Assembly (NCBI RefSeq): GCF_000150275.1
Contig: NW_002060950.1
Coordinates: 1,042,106-1,106,105 of the forward strand
Origin: Trichoplax adhaerens
Taxonomy: Eukaryota > Animalia > Placozoa
Length of the DNA: 64,000 nucleotides
Reading direction: 5' to 3'
Below the pieces are notes generated by a model. The model did not search any database. It worked only from the letters and a program-made list of their open reading frames with translations, and had not been told where the DNA came from. Below are positions 48,001 through 58,402 of this stretch, in pieces; the first letter of the stretch is position 1, and every line of letters starts with the position of its first letter. Made by a program: the position numbers and the translations under genes.

Positions 48001-48842
48001 GCTGAGAATCTTTTCCATCATCAGCAGGGATATTGCTCTGACTATTATCGATCGTGAATTGCATTCCATTTGGACTTGGACTATTATTTCGTGCTAATTT
48101 ATAAGCATCAGCAATTTCTTTCAATGATAATACTTCACCCGATGGGGCACCTCTAGTTATCTCTTTCTGATTGATGGTGGTAGTCGATGCTAAAGCAATA
48201 TCATCATCATCTGCAATTTTCTTGGCATGCTTTAATCGATGTAATAGTTTCCTTTCTTGGCTTTTTTGCTTCTTTATACGATCGCTAGTATTAACACACC
48301 AAATAACTTTAGCTCGATTTTCTGAAGTTATACCTACAATAAAAATAGAATTAAATGAGCCATTGAAGAATCTATCTACTTATTGAAGAGGCTATGCTGA
48401 GTCCGACTAGCTCAAAATAGATTCATTAAGGTAAATGACCTTTATTTCTTCGCAAACATTCTGATAAGATGAATGTTGCATCTTTATTGCATTCTTCTGA
48501 TGCTTTAATAAGCCACTCTACGCCGGTAACTAGATTTTTCTTGACATACTTTCCTGATAGGTAGAATTTACCCATAGTTAACTGAGCGTCGACATCTCTG
48601 TCAAGAGCCTGATAGAGAACCTGTTTATAATAGGATTTGGATTGTTCGCCAAAATCAAACTGTATGCTGCTATCTTGGTTTTCGCCATCAGAATTTTCAC
48701 TTTTCTTGGCTTCTTCATCAGCTTGTTTAGAATCAACTTCATCCTGCTGATCATTGCCTTGGTTGTCTTTTTTGACGATAATTTTTTGACGCCATTTCTT
48801 GACGGCAGCTTTCGATTTTGCTACTCTTTGTGCCGCTTTCAT
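39082..48842 (-). CDS. WFS1: Wolframin (WFS1) homolog with a greatly expanded N-terminus; 3 coding exons, about 2908 aa
   Basis: Exons 48842-48440, 48333-41774 (6560 nt) and 40845-39082 are GT-AG and total 8727 nt in frame. Junction RRNKG/ITSEN matches WFS1 RRGITSEN. The last exon has MVLVICTLMIF, PCPELA, LIPHL..WWQL, GLLRGSVG and the luminal SWSQYVAHCGPPAWHSSNQARVQVQCRQL..VTWSG..V..IDN. An in-frame TAA upstream of ATG 48842 makes this the start. Confidence 0.88.
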
Positions 48843-48934
48843 GATTTGTTACGTTTGGCTGTAGATATGGGGAGAAAAAATTTACGTATAAGATTAGTTT
48901 AAGGAAAGTTCTGCTTTATACAAGTATGTTATAG

Positions 48935-49515
48935 ATACTATTGTCGCCAATGATGATAAATTAGTTATTACTATGCATAATTTCTCAATATGAAGTATAA
49001 CTAAGCGTTAGATTGTAGATGATTAGCCGTATTTTATATACATTTTATGCTGCTTTAAGTTTAAATTTATTATATTAAGGTTTCGAGATGTAAGGAGTAA
49101 ATAATATATTTATCATTTGAAATTAATTTTTGCTTTGCATATTATAGACAATTATCGTCACCGATTATGATCAACTAGCTTTATGATCATACTAATGTAT
49201 AGGGTTGACCAATATATAGCATAGCTGAGTATTAGATTGCAAACAATTAGATATGATCAGCATCTTATTTAAGATTAGCTTATCAATATAAAGCGTAGCT
49301 GAGTATCAGATTGTGGATGACTAACCATATTTAATATAGTACTAATGTTATTTTAAATCAACTAGGTTGTACCCGAAGGAGTAGATAGTTTATTTATTAT
49401 TTGAAATCAATTCTATTTTGTATACTCTGGACACAATTATCACCAACGATGATCAACTAGTTTTATAATTATACTAATACCTATAGCTTATCAAGATGTA
49501 GCATAGCTAAGTATT
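48935..49515. repeat. Diverged duplication (period about 300 bp) just upstream of the first WFS1 coding exon
   Basis: agattgt.gatga.ta.cc.tatt...aaggagta.ata...atttgaaat.aatt...acaattatc...atgatcaactag...atactaat...tagcatagct.agtatt at about 49010-49235 and 49309-49515, plus a partial third copy near 48935. Confidence 0.7.
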
Positions 49516-52500
49516 CTTATAGACTGCTAAACCTCAACGATTAAAGATATATTACTCTATTAATTAAATTGTAAGTGGTCCGTCGAAATATATCGAATTA
49601 ACTATAGTCGCTGTATTTGTGTATTACAACGTAGCATTCATCAAACATGGCTTATCTTCTGATTAGAGCAGAATATCTTTCTAAAAGTCAGCAAGTATTT
49701 TTGATTTTATCCATGTAGTGCAGCCCAAATATAGCTTAAGATTATATACAGTATGTGTGAATATCGTGCATGACGTAATTACTAGGCTAATTAAGATAGA
49801 TACGCTTGTATAGGTGCTAGATCGTAGAGTGAGATTAAATATGTGAGGATTTGTATCAGTAATTGCAATACGGATTGTAAAAGTTATTAGTCATACTGTT
49901 TGGCACCTCCAGGTACGCTAGAGGTGTGATGTTAGCCTTATTAAGGTAGATAATGATTTATGTGTCACGAAGATACTCTGTACACAATTGTATATAAGCA
50001 GGAGATTTTATCTCCGAAGACAGAGTAGCCATAGATAATCTAGTCCTTGGTAGAAGACGTAATTATTGTAATAAAGTGATTTTCCTTCAAGTTGTGGAAG
50101 TCGTTGCGTTTCGATAGACACATTATTACAATCCAATATCTAGGCAATGGCAATAGTGCCTCTCTAATAAAGGTCATTAGTTAGGACTCTCAGCTTACAC
50201 TGCTATCGATACGTGGTAAAAACATCATCTAAACCTACTGATATCGCTAATAGGGAATTGGGCAGCTACTTTTTAATGCTAACTGAAACTTTAAGTAGAC
50301 ATCAGCATAGATTTAAACTTGTAATCGTGATAAATCACAGCTAAACTATTGCTCTCCATGCTATACTTGTTTCTGGGGTACATCTTTAGCAATTTCATGA
50401 GTATACTATCGACTCTTCTATACATCCAGTTAAAACTGACATGGCTGTCAGTGTATTATTAGAAAATCCATTATTGCAAGCAGCGATATCTTAACTTGTT
50501 GCTATTCATTTTAAGATTATTTTCACACAATCATCGTGTCAATTTCACGTAATAAAAAGACCATCTAAAAACGAACATGATGCTGAAGGCGGTGGCTTAT
50601 TGATTTTAATGTGTTTGACTAAAGAAATTTACCTACAAACACATATTACAACATTTTCTTCATAGTAATCTGTTCATTTAATATCTATTTTTATCACAAA
50701 CATGTTCTAGAATGTGCTAAACAATTGCAGTAGTAATAAAAGCGTAATTTTCTTAGCATTTGCTCCTAAGAATCGTTGTCGATTCTATTTTTACTGATTT
50801 GTCTTTCTTAGTTCTTACTAAATGAGATTGTGATGGAGAGTTTACATCCCCTAAGACTATTGCTATTCAAATGGTTTGGTGATGTCTACAGAACACATGA
50901 ATTAATATAAATAAATAACGGTGTGCTTTACCTACGACTGTGCGCGATCATTAATTATTGTACGGGCAAGAATTCTTACTAAACATGTTGTGAGTATATG
51001 ATTATAGATAGTTTATCGCATTGACGTGGCATAATTAGAAAGCCTAATACATTTTTTTCTATCGCCTACTCTATCGAATATAAGATTTTGCTACACAGAT
51101 GCACGGTGCAAGAATCATCAGAAAATGTCAAAGTGTCATCAATTATAATGATAGCAAATAAAGCAATCATTGAATAGCGTATTACATTTAATAATATGGA
51201 GAAAAATTCGCCAGTAGAGAACGTTATTGAGTGTTCAATTTGGAAAGAAAATAGCTTCAAATTACTGTAGTAGTTTAATCTTAAACAATGCTAATAGCTA
51301 AAAATTCAAATTTCTAGATAATTAATTCTGCATAGAAATACATCGAAATCCTATCTGACAGATGATCGGTTAACACCTATATTGACAGTACTAAATCGGC
51401 TAAGACTAGAATCACGATCAAAACAGAGCGATACCTTTTATCTATCCGTTATTATAACAAGACCTTAACATTGTATTACCTGATGGACGAATTTCAAGCT
51501 AGACTGGCCTTACTAGTAAATATATAAAAGAGTAACCATCCGATCTTACTTTATCGGGTAATAGAGACGACTTGATGAAACGTAAAGTTGAAAATTTTAC
51601 CATTCGATGATGTGGCAATTTAGCCCAGTAAACAACATGGGCAGCGCTACTTTTACCGATTTATGGCAAAATGATTATATTACTATGATATACATTTGGA
51701 TATAGGGCGTTTGTGAGTCATATTTATTATAGATTTAGAATGTCATAGACAATCAATTACCCGACGCACCTGACCATATGGTCGATCTATTTGATTTCAT
51801 AATTTTATTGTCAATGCTGACTATATCCCAAGCTATTTGAATGAAGTGGCTGAAATATGGCGCATATTAAAGTAGTTAATCATAAGTCGAATTGCTATTG
51901 AACCAATCAAGGTAGGAGGATAATATAGGACACTTTTCAATAAAAGGTTAATGCTTCTATAGGACCAATCAATATAAATAGAAGATATAAAAATAAGTTG
52001 CGATCAATTAACCAATCAAGTACAAGCAAGACTATCATTATTTACATTTTAATTTTACCATAATCTAGCGAAGAAGTTTATAATTTGGATATGTAGTAAA
52101 TGTTAAATTGATTTTAATCAGCTAGATCTATAAATAGCGGAGAGTTTAGGGATCGATTGTTGTCATCCGAATTGTAAGTTTCAGAAAGATCATCCACTAA
52201 AGCAGGTTGCCTTGCTTTCTCGATGGATGTTCTCATTTCAACTTTGGGAGCTTGAATATATTCTATGATGCTAGCCATGATGATATAGCATTAGCGTTAT
52301 TAATTTCCAGAAGAAATCTTAAATCAGCGCAACTTACACCGTTTTCCTGATTGATCTTCTTACTTTCAACTCAGGAGTCTAAACGGTTTGATGTAAACTG
52401 TATAAAGATATTTAAATTGGACGGAATTTAGGAAGCAAAGTTCACTCACTCTATTCGATAAACTTTATTCCACTCTTCCGGTTATATAGGGATATTGATA

Positions 52501-52641
52501 CTAGGCGCTATTTGCAATTAGTACCTTAGGTAGTCTTATCTGACTTAAACTAGAACTATAGCAATACGTCTGTATTAGTATGAAAAGCTCTAAAGCTCAG
52601 TACTCTATGTAGGAAAGTAGTTTCAATTGAGATTAGAAGTA

Positions 52642-52821
52642 GCCGTTGTGGCCAGAAAGACTACATCTTATAAAAATCGATTCAATTGTACAATTTTATT
52701 CATTTTTTCCATATTAGATAAGACAGCTCTGCAGCTTGGCATTTTAAGTAAGAAAATGGCTTCAATAGAGGTTAGCAGGACGCCGTTGCGGCCAGAAAGA
52801 CTACATCTTACATTCATCGAT
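52642..52821. repeat. Short direct repeat (about 40 bp x2)
   Basis: gccgttg.ggccagaaagactacatctta.a...atcgatt at about 52642 and 52782. Confidence 0.8.
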
Positions 52822-53576
52822 TGGATTATGCAATTTTATTTATTGTTGTATTATGCGCTATAATGCATTCAAAAATCAAGAATAAATAGCACTAGATAGC
52901 ATAATATATGATACTTATCATTTTACTTAAAATTAAATTTGATATTATACAATTATAGATTTACAGTTCCGTTGTCTTCGCGTGTAATGAGAATAAGAAA
53001 TAACAGTTATTATTATTAGTAAATCTAGTAAAACACTATCCTATACTTAACTATCTACAACGCAAAACATTATAGCCTTTTAAATATCATGATTAATATA
53101 TTGTACTAAGTTATCATTGATATCATTTCGCATTTTACCCGTACGTCTATTTTGGATTTTTGAAATGTTTTCATCTTGATTTTTACAACGGCATTCAGTC
53201 GCAATCTTTGCTGTTGTCGATTTGCTAGTAAGATAGTATGCGAGTTTCTTAAGTATCTTACGGCACAAAAACTAGACTCCTAAAGTCTATTTAGCGATGA
53301 GTGATTTTAACAACGATAATTATCTTGGAATTCGTTAAATATGGATAAAATCTAGCCAGAGCTGTGATTATAGTGGCTTGCTATATGGTATTTGCATAAT
53401 GCTCATTGTGATATACCATCTCTCTGTAATTTTACAGGTATTTTATATCCAAGTTTGGTAGCACTGTAAATAGGTACTCTGCTCATTTTATTGGAGTTAT
53501 CCTGCTATAAAGTTTTAGTCTCTATCATTATTAACATTAAGCATTAATTGAAATAATGAATAAAAGGAAATTATCC

Positions 53577-53965
53577 GAAGCCATGCTCATTAGATGAAGA
53601 TATTAACTATTAAGATCCTTGATGGATATCAAATATTCGCTGCATTCTAGATAATATCCAAGTTCCTGCACACTTGATGAAGATACTGATGGATATCATA
53701 TACGGTAATCATTGCATTCTGGGTATCGGTATATAATATCCCGAAATTATTCAAAATCATGCTCACCAGGTAAAGATATTGATCATTAAGATCGTTGATT
53801 GATATCATGATGGATTTCATATACTCGTATTCATTGCATTTGTGGATATCGGTAAGCAATATTTATTCTAAAATTCTCCAAAGTCATACACACTAGATGA
53901 TGATATTGGCAATAAAATTCTTGATGAACATCGTATATTCGAAGCATTCTAGATATCGATATGTA
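53577..53965. repeat. Degenerate tandem repeat, about 4 units
   Basis: Recurrent gatgaagata.t, tgatggatatca.ata and gcattct.gatatcg.ta elements at about 53593, 53676, 53773 and 53895. Confidence 0.6.
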
Positions 53966-55195
53966 ATGTTGACTCCAAAGCTGATATTTTACATCGTAAC
54001 GTATTTTCTCATATTACGTGTAAGAAGAGTAAAAGATTGCGAATACAATAAGAAATAAATCAGTGAAGTAATTTTATCATGGAAATCTCATCATCAGATT
54101 TTTAGTAGTGAGGTTAGCTGCCCTTTTATTATCAACAGATGTATCCTTGGAGTTGTAAAAACATGGGATAACAATTCTTCTTATGCAGCCATTGTAGAAG
54201 AATACTTAACTGAGAGATAAGATATGTAAGCAAATTTTCTTTATTTTACAGTTTTGATCTTATAAAAACATTAAAGATGTTGCTATACATCGGCTTTATT
54301 ACTGCTTATCACTTATGAGAAATACTTTGAATCTTTTCTAGTAATAATACATTTCGTGTGAGAAGAATACTTATTCTACTTTACGAACTGAAATTCGAAT
54401 GAAAGATTAATTGCTTTCGATGTACCATTTGCAGCAATATGAAGCAGCTTATCATCTGCATTGATCAAAATGTATACTTGTATCTAGTTCTCGATATTCA
54501 GCAACGTTGATGGTGTAGTGTACTGAACAAAAAGCTCAGCTGATGTTCGCAAACTCTTAGTGTTACATTTTCACAAATTGCTTTCTAAGAAATTTCGTGT
54601 TTTCGTCAAACATGAAGACAGCAGAGCATATTGTGAGGTCATGCAGATTTACACCCTATCTGCAAACAGCTAACCTGTAGGTAAGGAAGAATCAGCATGA
54701 TGGTATATATTCATCCTTAGTAAATCAGCAGACCATTCAGTTCCTAAATGGGTGGGTTTATCCTCCTTTACTTTGATTTGAACAGAGCTTTTAAGTTTAA
54801 ATTTCTAAGATAGATGCAATAGACACTTTACATGTGATTTGGTTATTCTGGAAATGGCATTTCTTATTCAGTTGTACCGTAAACCATAAATAGCGAAGAA
54901 ATGATCCATCCTTGACCTCAACAATCCATCCTTGGTTAATGAACAGTTTAGTAAGCTTAAAGTGCAGAATTATCCTTCTTTGCCACAATTTTGAAGAGAG
55001 ATTTTAAGATTTGAATTGGTAGTAAAAAATGCAATAAGTGTTCTAAACGTTATTCGCTACCTCTAAAGTGTTGTTTCTTATTTCATTACATCGTAAGGTA
55101 AAAATAGTGAAACAAAACGATCTATTTCAGCATATAATCGAACAATTGGCAGCCTGTACAAATCACGATTAATTCTAGCATTAAAATATAAATAA

Positions 55196-56266
55196 TTATT
55201 CACTTTTAATGGTAGATTTTTGCTTGATTAAATCTCCCTGTCTTTGATGACCATTATTATCTTGATCATATTGATCCAGTAAATTAATTTCTTTCGATCT
55301 TAATCGTAAACCTGCACGGTTATTGTTGGAGTGATTCTGTTGAGATATTGTTTCTACTAGTATATCTTCTTCTGTATTCATTATTTCAGTTGTATCAATT
55401 AGGCGGTGATTCGATTCTTTCTGTTGTTGCTTGTGATGATTTTCCTTCGTCAATTTGTCAATAATAGTTTTATTATCTAATTGATATTTTTCCTGTTGTT
55501 TAGTTAAGTGATTCTGAATTTGATCATGCTTTACGGGTTGCTCACTACGAAATTGTTGAGCAATTTGCAATAGAGATAATCCACTACGTCTTTCTTTGCC
55601 ATTAGATTGATCGCTTCCGTCTTGAATTTTATTTTCAGTCACTGCAGATTTTGATTGATTATCACTGCTACCTGTTATCCGTTTTAGGAATACTTCTTCC
55701 CTTTTAGCAAGATCTTTTAAGCGATTGCTAGTGTTAATACACCATAAGACCTCTTTTACATTACTATCATCGATGCCAATTTGATTTTCATAACATTGCT
55801 TTAGTAACTGAGTGGCCGGATCATATTGAGCTTTGGATGCTTGCATTAGCCATGTAATGGCTAATTTTAAATTTTGTTCAACTAGTTGGCCATCTAAAAA
55901 ATAACGAGCTACTTGAAGTTGTGATGCCCTATCGCCACATTGAGCATGATATAAGCAGTGACTAAAATCCTTTTCTTGTTGATATTCCAATTCAAGATTT
56001 CCTTCTAGGCACATTCGACAGTATGTAATTCCATCACTTTCATGTTGTTTTATCGTTGGTAAGAAATTGGCATACAAAGACTGAGAGGATAAACTATTGG
56101 TACCATAACTATCGTACTGTTGATGATTTAATCTTTCCGATGGGCTGTTTCTCTTGATTCTCATTCTACTTTGGCTATTTTGGTTAGATGATGGATGATG
56201 AATTAAGACATCATCCTCTTGAAAGTAGTCTTCTTCGTCTTCGATATCTATTTCTACCTGATCCAT
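55196..56266 (-). CDS. Stand-alone protein with one wolframin-type N-terminal Sel1-like module in low-complexity flanks, no TM segment (about 356 aa)
   Basis: A splice acceptor (ttctattcag, exon starting 56369) is followed by an in-frame TGA, so the first ATG is 56266 (MDQVEIDIEDEED). Module FSHCLYHAQCGDRASQLQVARYFLDGQLVEQNLKLAITWLMQASKAQYDPATQLLKQCYENQIGIDDSNVKEVLWCINTSNRLK aligns with the WFS1 modules downstream. Confidence 0.7.
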   Translation of the reverse strand: MDQVEIDIEDEEDYFQEDDVLIHHPSSNQNSQSRMRIKRNSPSERLNHQQYDSYGTNSLSSQSLYANFLPTIKQHESDGITYCRMCLEGNLELEYQQEKDFSHCLYHAQCGDRASQLQVARYFLDGQLVEQNLKLAITWLMQASKAQYDPATQLLKQCYENQIGIDDSNVKEVLWCINTSNRLKDLAKREEVFLKRITGSSDNQSKSAVTENKIQDGSDQSNGKERRSGLSLLQIAQQFRSEQPVKHDQIQNHLTKQQEKYQLDNKTIIDKLTKENHHKQQQKESNHRLIDTTEIMNTEEDILVETISQQNHSNNNRAGLRLRSKEINLLDQYDQDNNGHQRQGDLIKQKSTIKSE

Positions 56267-58402
56267 GTTATAGCTAGCGCTGTCGTAATAATCAATTCTT
56301 GTCTTAGAGAGAAGATGGATAAAAGTGCAGATCGGTAACAATAATATCGTTGGAATATCCAATCAGTACCTGAATAGAATACTATCCATAAAAATACTCG
56401 TAAAGCAAATAATTCATACAGATTTTAAGCCTTTAGCAAACAGTTAGGTTTTGATATTACTTTACTAAGGCTATCGCGCATACTAGCAGCGATAAAACAT
56501 ACGGTGCAAGCTGTTTATTCCAGTATAACAAAATCAAGGAAAGGCTATTTATTTTTGACCATCTGGTTTGTGTAAGTGCTATATAATGCTATTTCTCGAT
56601 CAGATAATATTTATAATGGAAATATAGAGTCAAGTTACATCATAATGCTCTGTCACAACCGAGATTGTAACACAAGAATTAAACGGGATTCTTTCCTCTA
56701 AAGTAGACTTAACTATCTAAGCAACTAACTCTAAGCACTCTTTAATCAACCAAACTTAGATTCGAGTCTTAGACGATAGATTACTCACGTTAAGGATCAA
56801 AACTTTATTCTAGAAGCTATTTTATTAAAATGTCCGATTGAACGCACAACTTACAATTACGACTAAATCACGTCTGATCATCATCAATCATAATAAGCTG
56901 TGAGATAAGGTTCTTATTGTTAGCTTAGATTCGTGGGATATTTATATAAATTGATGACTAAAGCACTTTTGATCATATAGGGAATTGCTGTAACTCCCAA
57001 ATAAAATTCCCATTCTTAAGCCAAAAATAATAGCCAATTTGTATAAAACTTATAGTTGGAAAGAAAGCACTTTGGATCATCGTCAATCTTGGCTACAAGG
57101 TTAAGTTTCTATTATAATATAGTTGGCTAATAGCAATAGGAAAATTTGTACTCAGCTCGTAGCTAAAACACTTTTGGATCATTACGAATCACTATCAGAT
57201 CTTTGCTGATCAATTTCATGAAATACTATTTCATAAATATTTTTAATTTCCAAATTTCGTTGTGCGATTAAGTTTATTACATTGAGGCTGTTCAAGATAT
57301 AAGTGATAAATATGGATGGATGATGGCTATTTAAGTATAATTTATAAAGTTATTAGATATAAAAGTAACATTCATCTTTGGATCACCTATTTAGTTAATC
57401 CACTGTAGGTAAGCTTTATAAGCACTGATATTGATGCTTACGATTATACAGTATACTATGCAATCTTGCTATTGAAGATTTTATAATACTTGCTGGATTA
57501 GCTTTGGTATGCTCATTTAGGTCGTCAAATAATTTTTTTAGGGCAATATATTTTAAGATTCTTCATTTCAGATAAAACATCGGAATTATTGCAATTTCAT
57601 TTAGTTAAAGATACTAAGGCGTTTTCTTATAAGTCTCCAATACATCATAGTGATTAAATTAAATAATTAGTGATTAATTCAAACAGTATTATGAGCAGGA
57701 AGATCAGAATAGAAATCTCAACTAAAAGGCCGTAATAAAGCGATTGAAGTTGTTAAGACTTATTTAGGCATTGAAAAATGAAGACATTAATGCATTAACG
57801 ACTAAGCATATTATTGTTCATACACGAGAGTACCCATTTAAAGCAATTAAAATCAAATTTTGAATTAGCATGATCTGAATGATGAGAAGTATAAATAAAT
57901 TCTTTAATTGACTACTAGAATAGTATATACTGTATGTATAGCATAGCAGCATACTGATCAAACTATCTGCATATAAATATTAACGTATACAAAAAATAAA
58001 TATCGGATCCAATCAGGAAATGCGCCAATCTTGCAATAGCATCGAATTAGATTCTACAATAATTAATTATCACTGGTTTCATGATTGAGTTAAAAGTTAA
58101 TTTAAGTCAGCAATCGAGAGAACTGCAAGAAAGTAGCGTTTTATACCATTTAAATAGAATTGATATGTAATTTGCCTACTCTAAACATACTTCCATTCTA
58201 TACTAAGTTATTGCAAGCTTATTAATGTTATATCCTTTCTTGTCGTTTTGATAACTACCAAATTCAATAATTTAAAATCATTAGTATAAAGAAATTTTAT
58301 CGTAAATTAAATTAAGTAAATAATAATAATAATCCATGTCAAAATAAATTAATGCTGTTCAACAAATTAGTTAGTGTTTTTGCATTTTTATCTTATAGGT
58401 AA

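Noticed and set aside
41738-48124. 2128-aa ORF as an independent gene
   Set aside because: It starts at TTG, the frame extends to the acceptor at 48333, and a GT donor at 41773 joins it in frame to the WFS1 TM exon.
48843-48858. In-frame fusion of the 55-56 kb ORF to the first WFS1 coding exon
   Set aside because: All three frames after the acceptor at 48859 hit stops, including a TAA in the WFS1 frame, so this segment is 5'UTR.
41688-48902. Numerous 60-90 aa antisense or alternate-frame ORFs over WFS1 (similarly 8944, 58576, 59106, 59545, 59601)
   Set aside because: Shadows of low-complexity coding sequence with no independent features.
54250-54990. Possible hidden coding exons (good minus-strand acceptor at about 54675)
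   Set aside because: All frames close within 12 codons of that acceptor and no recognisable protein was seen. At most it is a UTR exon.
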